Below, piece after piece: positions 44,451 to 58,899 of a stretch of 64,000 bases of DNA. Numbering within the stretch: position 1 is the first letter of the stretch; every line of letters starts with the position of its first letter. The notes below the pieces were generated by a model. It searched no databases and was not told the DNA's origin. It saw only the letters and a list, made by a program, of their open reading frames with translations. This DNA comes from Octopus sinensis (taxonomy: Eukaryota), in assembly GCF_006345805.1 (NCBI RefSeq), contig NC_042997.1, positions 150,412,001-150,476,000 on the forward strand. Direction: 5' to 3'. The position numbers and the translations under genes were made by a program.

Positions 44451-46002
44451 TATTTCAGATATTACGGTTAAGGTGTTTTGTGCTTAGTTCTGAACATACT
44501 TAGTTGTGCATTAAAACTCGGAAATGTGTGTGAGAAGAGTGATCATTCACACTCACAACCGGTCTGAAAAGAAGCTGTCAGTGCAGGATTGGACGGGGGT
44601 CACTAATATATATATATATATAAGGATCCAGTGCTATAGGTCGGTTTAATCAGTGGTCCCAGAAGTCAACAGGCCAAATAGGTGAGTATTATCATTTTTG
44701 TCAAGAGTAATCTATAAGTTGTGTTCCTCAGAACTTTCGTGTGGTGCCAAAGTGGTGCTAAATGTGGTCTCAAAGCATCGCTATAGATGATACGCAGAGA
44801 GACACTGAGGATGAAACATTTCGTAATATTTCTTCGCTATGAGGACGATAAACAGTGACGAAGAACTACGATCGTTGTTTGTGCAACACGTTTTGATACA
44901 GCTCATCTCTTTCACTGAAATGCGGTCCTCAGTGAATCGTAGACTGACGCTGGACATTTGACATCTGAATATTGCTAAACGTTAAGAACATTGGACCTGC
45001 TGAATATTATAATCAGCTAAAAGTGAGAAATAGATGTAACTTTGGCATAGATAAATTTAGTATCTTCTAAATGGTAGTTGTGTCTATGGTTATGATCACA
45101 TCTATATTAGACATTGCCTGATCGTGATAACACTTATAGCAATACATAACTTGGCTACAATCGTAAATAATGGTGCCTATCCGGAATACACACAAGGTTA
45201 CGGAACCATTCGTTGGCCTCGTATATACATATAGTGCTATGGAGAAAAAAGAAGTATGTCTGTAGCAAACGAAAAGCATCGAATAGATTGTTGTTATTGG
45301 TAATCCGGCGTTTGCAGCATTTTGCATCATCGGTAGCCTGACTAAAGAGGCGGTTAATAGTGGCGGTAGTAATGGTGATGATGTTAGTGATAGGATTTAT
45401 TGTTTAAACTCCAAAAACAAACAGATGTAAATATATTAGAAAATAGCTGAACATGTGGACAAAGTCGAGCTCAAGTTGCATAGTTCCATCCCTGTAGAGT
45501 AACCTATTTTTCTTTGTTGTGTGATAGCTTGGTATAGAGACAAATTATATCATGCACACACACACACGCAACCAGATACGCACGTATATATATATATATA
45601 TGATTGATTGATTCTAGTTTCAGCTTATGAGCTGTGGCCATGCTGGGGCACCATATACATATTTATATGGTTGTGTGTACGTGTATATATGTATGTGTAA
45701 GTGAGTGAACGAAAACATGTATTTATAAATATGTGTGTATAATTAAATGATTAGTAGTTCTCTACAGAGTAATCAAATCTAATGCTTCTGTTTGAAGGGT
45801 ACTTCAGTAGCTATATGTCCGTTAATTGATCAACGCATAGATCTATCGAACATTGGTTAAATCAGTAACACAATTATCTCGTTTCCCGGTTTCACTGCAA
45901 GAATCTAAAGTCTGATGGACCTAAAGTCCAAAGCTAGATTTAGTATATTAATATCAAAGAAATAATGCGATATATAATTATGCATATATATATATATATA
46001 TA

Positions 46003-46036
<34 letters not shown>

Positions 46037-46105
46037 TATGTGTGTGTGTGTGTGTGTGCGTGTGTTTGTGTGTATAATTATATATATATATGTATATATA
46101 TACAT

Positions 46106-46225
<120 letters not shown>

Positions 46226-46233
46226 CATATAAG

Positions 46234-46277
<44 letters not shown>

Positions 46278-47109
46278 ATGTATATATATACATATATATA
46301 TATATACATATATGTATGTATATATGCATGCATACTATATACGTGGCTACATATTTACGTGCATACATGCATACACACACATGCACACACATACACACAC
46401 ACGTATGTAATCATATGCATATACATATGTTTGCGTGCGTGTGTGCGAATGTATGTGTGTGTGAGTGCGTGCATGTATGTGAGCCCGCGCTTATGCGTGT
46501 GTGTTATCGTATGTAATTTGGCGACGTTTAAGTGTTCATTATCATTACATTTTACAAACGCCGGATGGATGTTACGAAAGAAATTCGATTTCATTGCATG
46601 ACTTCACAGACGAGTAGCCTTCTGAAATGATAATTCATCGAAGTTGCAACAAATCGACGATTGTTCGAATGGAGTCGTCATTAGTTCATTGATCTTTAAG
46701 GCCAAATTGCTCAGATATGAAACGATTCAGTATAACTCTTTGTGGGGAGGGAATGTATTTAACGTTGTTGACTATGATCAGCTTATTCCTCATAGTACGG
46801 CGTTTTGATTATATATAACGTTATTTACTTTCGTTTGGTTATTTTCTATTACTTTACCTAAATAATGATGAAGTCGTTATCGGATATCTCTACAAGGGAT
46901 ACGATAATGAAACTCATTCATATATTAGCAAAAGCTTATCTTCCTAAGCGGGACAACTCGCTTTAGTTCACCGAGAATTTTCGAAGGATTCATCTATAAT
47001 TTAGATTAAAGGTGAATCTAACAAAACAGATTATACTTTAATCAGAAAAATATCGCCCTCCTAACTATTGGATTACTGGAGATACTGTATTTGAATGGTT
47101 TCCATATAG

Positions 47110-48185
<1,076 letters not shown>

Positions 48186-48202
48186 TATATGCATACATAA
48201 TA

Positions 48203-49122
48203 TTGGGTCATCCCATTTATAATGCGGTTTTTCAATGGTATGAATTAAAAGTCGGGGGTGGGGACGAGATAAAGTACCTGCATCGACTTGCTATAAAAGC
48301 AGGTAGTAATTTTACCTTGTGCTTATTCTTAGTGCCAGTTTTGAAGAGAGTCCAGTGTAATTTTAACAGTTATTTTTCAAAGGTATAATGGAAGTCACAA
48401 ACGAACATATTCGGCATGTATTGCTTTATGAGTTCAATGAAAGCAACAACGAAACCGAAAGTGAGAGAAATATTAATGCAGTATATGGACATTGGACAAT
48501 AAGCGTAAGCCATTTTCAACGGTGGTTCCAGAACTTCCGAGCCGAAAACTAGAGCCTAGAAGATGAGCCTCGTCCAGGAAGATATTTAGAACTCAATGAG
48601 GACATCATGCAAACCCTAGCGGAGCAATCTCCCTTTGTAACTGTTGAGAAACTAGCAGAGAAGCTTGGATTTAGCCATTCAATTATTAATCGACACATGC
48701 GTGCTATCGGTAAAGTCAGCAAATTGGGTCAATGGGCTCCTCACAAACATTTGGTGTCTAATCGCGCGCAGAGAGCGAATGTGAGCTCTTCTTTGCTGCC
48801 ACGCCTCATGAGTGAACCTTTATTTGAACCGAATAGTGACAGGTAACGAGAAATGGGTTCTCTATAAAAATGTCAAGCGCCGTAGAGAAAGGAGAAAATA
48901 GGAATTCTGAAGTCAAGATCAGAACAACAGTACTGAAGGAGTACTTTTCGTCACAAACAAGTGAATTTGGAAGAGAGGTCTTGCAATTCTACCAGATAGT
49001 TGGAAGAGCATTTTAGAAAATGAAGGACAATATATTTTAGATTAAAAACGTACATTGTTTATCTTAATTTTGAAAAATATAAGAAATATAAAGAGTCGCT
49101 TTCTTTATGGGATGGCGCAAAA
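48203..49122 (+). mobile_element. Internally deleted mariner with both degenerate TIRs
   Basis: TA-ttgggtcatccca...tgggatggcgcaaaa-TA; ATG at 48388; KLGQWAPH and VTGNEKWVLYKNVKRR, then a jump to the C-terminus. Confidence 0.85.
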
Positions 49123-50165
49123 TATGTATACAGATATAGGTATATTAATGTTTCTTTTTTTATATTCAGTTATAATGAGAACAATTTTGCATTAATCTGA
49201 TAGGTTACTCTATACTTATGTAGAGTCACACACAGTATTCATAGAAACAGAATGTTGTTGATAGTGACTTAGAATTTTTGGCCAGCTAAGCCATTGTCGG
49301 GCAGTCTAATGATGGCTTAACTGGTCGAAACTTAGAAATCACTGTCAGCAACATTATTATTCAAGAACAACACACAAACATACGCATACAATAATTTCGG
49401 GATGAATTTCACCATTGTTATGTTACCATTTTTAAAGAACAGCTTGATATATTGCTGAACAATTAATGATGTTGGGGACCATATACATTAGAGTTGTAGT
49501 CTACAAAACTTTAGCTGACATGGAGGGGAGGAAGCCATGTTGATACTGGAAAAGTCTAACATTAATATACCAACATCTTGACTCCTCTTCAATGCTCTTT
49601 GTATATATGTAATCTGCTAACTGTATAGATATGGATTTAACTGCCACTGTGTTTGAAACAACGTGTTACAAAAACTGAAAATTCAGAGGAATTTTACTGA
49701 GTTTATCAAGTTATTTCTATGAGTCTCTAAAACAGAGGTGAATCTTTGTAGATTTCAGCTATATTCTCTCTGCAATGAGTTGTATTTAATATTAACTAAT
49801 GCAGGTCGTTAGTAGCTTCTGAAAATGTTCAATTTTTTTCTTTTTCTTTTATGAATTTACTAGAACGACATTGAGAAAGGAAATACGTCAGATAAAATAA
49901 ACATGGATAAATATTCTGGGTATTTCTTAAATATCTACATAATATTCGAAAGTGAGACTTATAAATGGGCTATGCCAGCGATACTACCATGTAGGCAACA
50001 GTCTTTCTAATTAAAAATTTGATGTCAAAATAAATTGAATGCATATTTATGTAGTGAAATGAATAAAATAATTTATCTAAAATATTTTAATGAAATTTCT
50101 CCAGCTATACGTACATACGTTCGTGCTAACATATACCGCACTCATAAATCTGACATATTTTGTGC

Positions 50166-50222
<57 letters not shown>

Positions 50223-53200
50223 TAAGTTGAAATGTATCCCTTCTTAAATTGTTGTCTTTGATCCCAACATCCAGTACTTTGTGCTACAGAATTTAAGTCA
50301 TTGCAGAGAGTCCATTAAGAGAGTAATTTATAAGTAGCGAGTGAAATGTATATCTAGGAAATAAACTGGAGATAGTAGATAGTGCACGGCCCAAGATACT
50401 CTAAACGTTAGACTTTGAAATAAATCCAGTCCAATAGCAATTATCATAGACATTCAATATTAAATTCCTCAGGAAAAATGTTTTGCTTGAGTCTTTGACC
50501 AGATGAGAAACGAGATAAATAAAGCGTAATATAATAACGTTTGTATAAAACCAGTCCCGATAAGACAGGTCATGACCTGCTTACGATTAATGTTCCCATA
50601 GTATAGTTGGAATTTAGAACATTTCGAAGAATTTTTTCCACTTAATGTTTCCTTTTAAGAATAAATGAATAATGATTTTCCTGGTTGAATTAGAACAGAT
50701 GTAGCTGATTCTAAGATTGATAAAAATAAAAATGTTTTAGAAAAATTTAAAAGGTCAATGTTGAAAGATTTGAAAGCGGTGACTTGGAATCATTCATCAA
50801 AAGAGAAATGAAAGGATTTATTAGTGGATGGCAGAATACTGTTGACAACTGACTGGAAGAGAGTTTGAATGAGGAGAGAGGTCAGTGAATTTTACTGACA
50901 ACTAAGCATAAGTGAGGGGACACTAAAATGTATGCCGTTAGTTATAACGACAGCAGTAACAGAGTTCATGCGTTTTAGCTGGATTTTCAAAATATTTAAT
51001 TATTCACTTTATTATACAATACAAGTGAAGATCTCAACACATATCCTTCAGGCCACTTGAAAATTAAGAGAAAATCTCACCGGCTCGATTGCTTATATTA
51101 TATTTTTCAGGATTCTCGCAACTGGAATTTTGTCGTGATACGAGAGAGATCCGGATCTCTCAGATTTTAAGTAACCCCCGATGACAACATTCGATATTAA
51201 CACTCATGACACACATACACATGCAGGTTTCTTTCATTGTAGAAAGCATATACATATTTGATAATGTATTTCTCTTCTATTTGCCAAATAGGATTCGAAT
51301 ACATATTCCAAAATATTTTACCAAAAGAGCGAAATCTGTATCAGAATAATATTATTGATCTGTGAAACATTCGTTATCTAATTTTCAATAATCTGCTCTA
51401 AGTTAGAATTATGTGCTGAAATCGATGTTGAGTAACTAGTGATAGTGTTTACTTGAACAATTGGTTGTATTGTGAGAAAGAACAAACAGTCCGGAAGGAT
51501 GACAAAGATACCATCACATAGAAAAGAAAACAATGCTAGAATAAATAGCATTGGTTATCATTAATTTACATCGAAAATCAGAAAGAGTTAGAACAGACTA
51601 TTTCGAATCTCTTCATAAATCAACTGAAGAAATTCTTCCACAAGAGCACTATTGCAACTGTAGAAAGAACCAAAGCAACACTGAAATTTTCCTTTACAGA
51701 ATGACAGACTCAGTAAAAAAAATAGCCAAAATATATGCACACCGTATCTGCATGCATAGGAAGTCACTACAGTTTCGTTCGGCCAGCTAAAAATAGTAGC
51801 CACATTATTTTCAAACTTCTCTTTTACTGAATATTTGGGATGTAGTTGGAGCGATAAAGGGCTTTTTATTTTTATTTTCATGTAGTAGACTGAAAACGTT
51901 TCATGAAAGACGCAACACGCTGCCTAGTTACGAAATCGAACACCCGTCTTTATAACCCAACAACAAGGCTAATTGCCTGGTGATAGCTCTGTTGTTAAGT
52001 TGTTTATATATTAAGGAGTTGTGCTCACGATTATAAAGTCGTTGGTTAGATTCGTGGACAAATTGGCATGTTGTCCTTCAGCAATAATTTGATGTTGTTG
52101 AAGTCTGATCAACTAAAAGTAAAGCTAATTGCTTGCGGAGCAATCTCAGCATTCACTTGCCACAATGCGCTATTCGGTCGGACAAAGCTAGAACATCTGA
52201 AAATCGAAGAAGGTTTTTAGGGTTGCCTGTGAGTAAATCGGAACTTAAAACAGTAAGCAAAAGCATGATACGAGCTACCAGGACATATTCGTTCGTGTTT
52301 TCATCATTTGACACCGCTTAGATATCCGATGATTGTCAGACCAATTATTTACAGTGATCCTCAAAAATATGTTTATTTGAACGTTTGGGCATCTTTAATC
52401 AAATTTGAAGGTATATTAGTTCTTTAGTTAATACATCTGCGTTTACTAAAAGTCACGTTCAAACTGATTTTGAAAAAGCTAAAATCATTGGTTGATGTAT
52501 GAAATCGGTATATCTTGACTGTCTATCTCATATCGTTATTTCTCTTCTTTCCAAATCGACTTAAAGAAAAAAATAAACAATCATTTTGAGAAATCTTTAG
52601 ACAGATAGATAAAAGGTTCTTGAAAGTTATTGTCTGTGATGATAAGCTGAATATTACCATTCATATTACCAACTTAATATTTAAACTAGGTCAGCTTCAG
52701 AGGAATCACTGAAACGGGAGCAGAATTGCCTCAGTAGAATTGCATTTCTTTGTTATTCTGAAGAGGGCTGCTGTTATCAATCAGTAGATTGATGGGTGTA
52801 ACAATAGCTCAATGCAATTTTGGAACAATATGTGGAAAACTTTCATGCTGTGTTTAATTTTCTTAACGATCAAATCTTTTTTCTACAACCTTTTGATATT
52901 TTTCGTACAAATTATCGTGCTACTCTCAAGACGACTTTTCTCTCATCTCCATCGTTCAATTTTGTGTGTTGTTCATGTTTGCATTCGAGTATATTAATTT
53001 TCATATTATATTCTGATTTTTTTTCAAGATGCAAATATTTTCCCATTGGGAACTTCTAGCTTTGAACACGAGTTTTGTTGAGATTTCTTTTGAACATATG
53101 CTGGTGATTAAAACCTGAAACAACTGTTGAGTCCCTTTGAAGCCAAATGATAAGTGTATAAAAGATCAAACACCAAACTATTGATCATATATTAATTACT

Positions 53201-53479
53201 CGTTCACTATTTGCAGGCGCTTATGCTCAAACTGGTGGGCTGTGTTGTATACGATAGGTTAGCTTTTGGAATATTGGACACAAAATTTGCAAAGTACCAT
53301 GTCGCAATTGTAGAGAAGTGTTTATTCAAGTGAGATGGTAGGGACGGCGCAAGCTTCGTAGACTATATTAGGGATATCGTGGGTGCAATTACGAATAAAG
53401 GGAAAATATCATACATAAATTAAACAGCAACTCTACACTCGCTTTTCTTCTAGGGTTTGAATGTAATTATATTGTTTAA

Positions 53480-53990
53480 AAAAATAATGTTCGTTTACAT
53501 TTACGTATGAAGTATTTTCGTAGTCCATCTATTTTCAAAAATTCTATACAAACGCAGGAGGAGGTATGTAGCGAGTAATTATAGTTAAGTCTTTAACTTT
53601 ATTTCATACAGTAACGCTAATCCTAACTCTAAAACTCTAACCCTAACCCTAAAACCCTAACCCTAACCATAAAATCCTAAAGCTAAACCAGTACAAACGC
53701 ACGAACTATCTCATAAGTAACAGTGATAAACGAAATATACACCGCCGGAAGTTGCTATTGACAAACAACAGCAGTAATTTGATTCAGCTGAATACACGTC
53801 ATTGATTGGTTGAAATTACCGAAATACGACAACTTTAACACGAAATAACTTTGAAAGTAGGTTTTCTCAACAACACTAAGAGTAAAAGATGTTTTATATG
53901 ACACATCCTACCAGTGTCTGAAGTTTTAATGTGTTTAGTTACAAAAAAGTATTTCTCGATCTGCCGTTGAAAGGGAAAATATCCAATTCA
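53480..53990. mobile_element. Non-autonomous repeat with a short internal (CCCTAA)n tract
   Basis: ctaaccctaaccctaaaaccctaaccctaacc at ~53635-53668. Boundaries approximate, family not identified. Confidence 0.45.
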
Positions 53991-54777
53991 GGGAGTACAC
54001 AATATGTTTGGTAGAGTATAAATTTCTTAAATAAGAATAGCAATGAGAGATACTTCGAAGTTTCAGTCAGCTAAGCCATCAGTCAGCTAAGCCATCACAA
54101 TTAACGCTATATTTGTTGAAGAATTATATATGGACATACACATAAATATATAAATATATATATATATACATGTACATATGTGTGAGTGTGCAAGTTTGTA
54201 TATATGTATGCGTGTGTGTGAGGGAGAGAGAGAGAGAAGTTGCTTATGTGTACGTGTATTTTACATCAGACCTATTTCACGGATAGATTAATATTTTTCC
54301 TATTTACATAATACATTATTTTCTTCATATAACCATGAGAGTTAAATGTTCAAATTCTTATCATGACTAAATAATTCATATTATGAAAGTTTGAAAATTT
54401 TAATCTTTTGCACATTATCGTTCTCTCTTTTTCTTTTACAACACCCACCCACCCACCCGCACTCTCGCTTTCTGTCTTGGTTGAAATGGAAATTGCAAAC
54501 ATATTTTTTGTTGTTATTGTATTACTGAACATTGAATTCGTAATATCAAAATCAAAACACTCAAGCAGACTTACAAAAAAATGTATGTAAGCACTTCAAT
54601 TTACTTTTCTGATCAATATTAATAAGTTGAGTAAGTTGGTGAAGTAGTAGATACAGTTATCATGAAGTCAAACCGTATTTCATTCACTATACCTGAGAGG
54701 TCGTCTTTGCCATTCATGATAGGTGACTGATTGTTTAAAGTACAAGACACTATTCCTATGCGAAAGTATTACAAATA

Positions 54778-54841
<64 letters not shown>

Positions 54842-55461
54842 GCAGTGTGCTTGCAGAGTCGTTGGAACCCCTCCCCCATTTAGGGCAATATTAATAACGA
54901 TATTTACAATCGCATCTTAAATCCTACCTAGCTTTCTGTCGTTTCGAAAGGTTAAATTTATGTACCAGTAAGGTACTTAGATCAATGGTATAGACGTATT
55001 TCATCCTGTCAAAATTGCTAGTCTTGAGCTTTATCATGAAACATTTATTACTTAAAACGATGGAATGCCAGATTTGTTAAAGCACGGACGAAAAAGCATC
55101 TGATGTTTGATCGTCAAATTTACTCTGCTACTTCGAATCCACTGAAATAGTAGATGACGTATTCATATGGGCTGATACTATCAATCTTATCGTCTCCCTC
55201 AAAGTTATGTATTTGTACTATATAAAAAAAATATTCTTTTATATTAATGTCAGTTTTGCAAATTTATTAGAGAGTTGGACAAAGGGCTTTGGTTAGCTAA
55301 TTGTGGTGTGTCATGCTGTGAGTCCAAATTCCACTACGGGTAACTTTGGCTTCACTCCTTCCTTGATCAATAAAATTAAGACCAAGAGACGGACTGGTGT
55401 CGATTTAATAGACTAGCCCATCCCGTAAATCGATGGCCTTGACCTGAGTAAAAAATTATTA

Positions 55462-55546
55462 CGAGGGATGTATGAAAAGTTTTGAGCCTTGAAGCCTCGT
55501 ACCATGTTTTTTGTTTGAGGCTGAAGTATTTTCATACACCCCCTCG
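55462..55546. mobile_element. 85-bp Tc1/mariner-type MITE
   Basis: TA-cgagggatgtatgaaaagttttgagcct ... aggctgaagtattttcatacaccccctcg-TA: ~28-bp TIRs and a TA target duplication. Confidence 0.85.
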
Positions 55547-57015
55547 TACATTGATTTTGGTTTAGCAGAATTCATATACACGTGACAAAATGTTTTACAA
55601 TATTTACGTTAGACCATTTGAGATTTGAGTTCACAGCCATTTAATTTACTTAATCTTCAGGATTCGATAAAACGTAGTAAATGTGAAGCATTGGATTAGA
55701 TATAATTAAATATATACGTTCTTCAAAAAATATGTCACCTTCTGCCTGTGTTAGAAATCCTAGTTTTTCGAATCATGTGCTAAATATTTCGAGATTTGTC
55801 TCTTCTATTTCTTCCCTGTTTTGGCGACTAGAGCCGTCACAGCTGATCATGGTTGCATACGCAGGTAATGCATGGCTTATGGTGTTGGTTTTTAAAGCGG
55901 CGTGCGTTATATTACTTGCTAATATAAATAAGCATTAACTAGGAGAATTGTGCAGGATAGAAAGTCCGCATGCGATGTGGCCCGTACGTATATATCAACA
56001 GCTTTTGTCAACGAAACAATGATCTTTTTAGAAATCTGTCCTTATGCTTTAATACCAAAATTAGAAGCAGTTTCATGTAGAGAAATCCATTAAGTAGCTA
56101 TGTCTGAAAGAGTGAACACACGGAGCTAAAATCTACTCCACTTCAACAATGATCACGTAATGACGCTATGCAGTACACACATATATCTGGTCAACGATGG
56201 TGTAAATCTGTAGTTGTTTTCTTTAAGACAAATGTATTGGCAGAACTGAAGTTTTTATATATGTTTGAAATCAGACAATTTTGTTATCTGAAATGCGGCA
56301 AGTCAGTCTGTATAGAGGGATAGTGGATGGTAGGTGTGAAACGAATTGGGAACGATTGTGGCTGATGCTTAGTACAATTTCTGTAGTTACTTTTGGGGAA
56401 CTCTAAGACCCAGATTTTTCAATAAATTTCACAAGTCGTTCAACTAATAATGCTAGACGTTTTTAAAACCTTTTTACGTTCTGGTTTCCATTACAACAGA
56501 CTTTGAAACTGCATTTCAACTTTCCCTTCACGGGTCGTCAAAACAGTGTAACAGTCAAGTACTAATGTCGGTTTAAAAAGCAGTATTAACTGGCTGGCCT
56601 AGTGCCAATAGTAATAACCAATATGAAATATCAATGAGTTGGTGGAGCAACAAGAACTCTTACAGTGCTAAACTAAGTACTTGCTAATATTTACTTACTC
56701 TCAGTTTACGATGCGAGTGCACAGATTCAGTGGTTTACTAAATATATACAATTCTCAGGTGCCAGTACATTATGTACTAGTAATAAACTGTCATGTATTC
56801 ATTCGTCTATATACATTACCTGTAGATTTTTTTTCTTTTTTCAGGGTAAGATAATCTTTTATTTTCTTTCTTTCCATTTTTCTTTCTTTATTTATTTGTT
56901 TCTTCTTCTTCTCTTCTTCTTCTTCTTCTTTCTTCTTCTTCTTTTCTTCTTCTTCTCTTCTTCTTCTTCTTCTTCTTCTTCTTCTTCTTCTTCTTCTTCT
57001 TTCTTCTTCTTCTTC

Positions 57016-57112
<97 letters not shown>

Positions 57113-57119
57113 TATTACT

Positions 57120-57338
57120 AAGGCGGTGAGCTGTCAGAATCGTTAGCATGCCGGGCGAAATGCTTAACGGCATTCCGTCTGTCTTTACGTTCTGTGTTCA
57201 AATTCCTCTGCTCGTCGACTTTGTCTTTCATCCTTTCTGGGTCGTTAAAATAAGTACCAGATGTTTACTAAAGTCGATGTAATCGACTAACCCCCTCAAA
57301 ATTTCAGCCCTTGTGCCTTTTAGTAGAAAGGATTACTA
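57120..57338 (+). mobile_element. SINE, second family, next to a compound TTC/ATC/ATT tract (56900-57118)
   Basis: aggcggtgagctgtcagaatcgttagcatgccgggcgaaatgc...gttcaaattc. Confidence 0.85.
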
Positions 57339-57339
57339 T

Positions 57340-57900
57340 TATCATTTCTTTTTCTCACATGTTTTTGAAGTCTTACATGCATAGCGGGCTTGGTACCTGC
57401 AGCCTACGTTATCATGCTATCCGTTCTCTCAGCTATCTACTTCTTTCCTGATTATTCTGGCCGTGCCAAGGAAGTAAACATTTTGTAAACGGTTCTACTG
57501 GACGCTCAATTCCAGTTACCTTTATATTCCTTTTGATGCCTTTTGATACTACTCCCAATGACCCAGCAATAATTGGCCCTCTCTCCACCTTCTTCATCTT
57601 CCATAGCCAGGCTAGTTCGTACTTAAGAGGTTTGTATCTCTCTATTTCCCGCCTTCCTTCTTGACTATACGTTGGTGAAAGAGGCATGCAATATCAATTG
57701 TATAACATATGTGGTGCATCTTGTCGACCACTAGTAGGTCCGGTCTGTTATGCTCTAGCACCTCGTTTGTTTGGATTGGGAAATTCCAGAGGATTTTGCA
57801 TGTCTCCGACTCCAACACCCTGCAATTTTTGCTCAATCTACGACTTGTCTCTCTCTCTAGCCCCCACATTTCGCATAGTTTACAATGTAGCACTTTCCCT
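57340..57900 (-). pseudogene. R4/Dong-type LINE 3' end (restriction-like endonuclease)
   Basis: KILWNFPIQTNEVLEHNRPDLLVVDK...IDIAC and RYKPLKYELAWLWKMKKV...IIAGSLG, frameshifted. Confidence 0.88.
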
Positions 57901-58529
57901 AACTGATTATGGTAGAGGAACTAAGAAGATTCAATGGTGATACTGAAAATGTGAGCCTTGATAGGAAGGTCTCTAGGAGAAAGAACACTCTGATTTAAAG
58001 CTGGGGTACATAGGACTCCTGTCATAATCCAACAGCTCCATGCCTGAGACGAAGATGAATGTACCGGGAATCGGGACTTAACTCCAGAGCTACACTTAGA
58101 CGAAAGTACAGGGCCAACTCACGTTCAACTCTATCTTAGTGAAAGACACTATCATGGTCCTCAACACACAGAAATGCGATGGGAAAAGGTCCTGCTTAGG
58201 GATAGAAAGAGCTCTGCAATCTTGGTTGACAAACTTATTTGAGATGGTATCTCGATAAAAATACCAGTTGGTGACTAACCTGAAAACACACACCTCAATG
58301 ATGTGTGAAAATGTATCAAATAATGTTGTTAATGAGGCTGAACAAAAGATGAAAGCATTTTGCCCGGCAGGTGGCCTGTGGTTGAGCAGCGCAGGGGCGG
58401 CCGACATCCAGAGACTGCATATAAACAGTCATCAAAATTACCGGCCTTGTGCCAAAATTTTAAACCGATATGGATTTCACATTTTCGCGCAAGTCCAGCC
58501 ACTTACCGGCCAATAAGCTGATTACAACT

Positions 58530-58686
58530 ACACCAATGCTCAACTGGTACTTACTTTATCGATCCCGATATGATGGACAGCGCAGTGAACTTCGTCGGAA
58601 TTCGAACTAAGTAAGTAAATATGAACAAATCCCGCTAAGCATTTCTCTGGGCTTGCTAAATAATCTGATAGTTCTCCGCCTAAAGC
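58530..58686 (-). mobile_element. Decayed SINE, second family
   Basis: caactggtacttactttatcgatcccg...gctaagcatt...tctccgcc. Confidence 0.65.
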
Positions 58687-58705
58687 AGTATTATTATTGT
58701 TGTTA

Positions 58706-58740
<35 letters not shown>

Positions 58741-58899
58741 GTTGTTGTTGTTGTTTTTGTTGTTGTTTTTGTTGTTGTTTTTGTTGTTGTTGTTATTACT
58801 ATTATTATTATTATTATTATTATTAACAGAAAACGCCATGATGTTATCTATTCACAACAGCGATTTTATCGAAACAAACTAGGATTAATCGTGGTAGAA

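Noticed and set aside
53217-53257. Possible small exon (tttgcag|...|gttag); similar candidate at 51111
   Set aside because: Weak donor, no recognisable peptide and no supporting neighbouring exons.
54063-54097. 16-bp tandem duplication cagtcagctaagccat
   Set aside because: Ordinary slippage duplication with nothing inserted between the copies.
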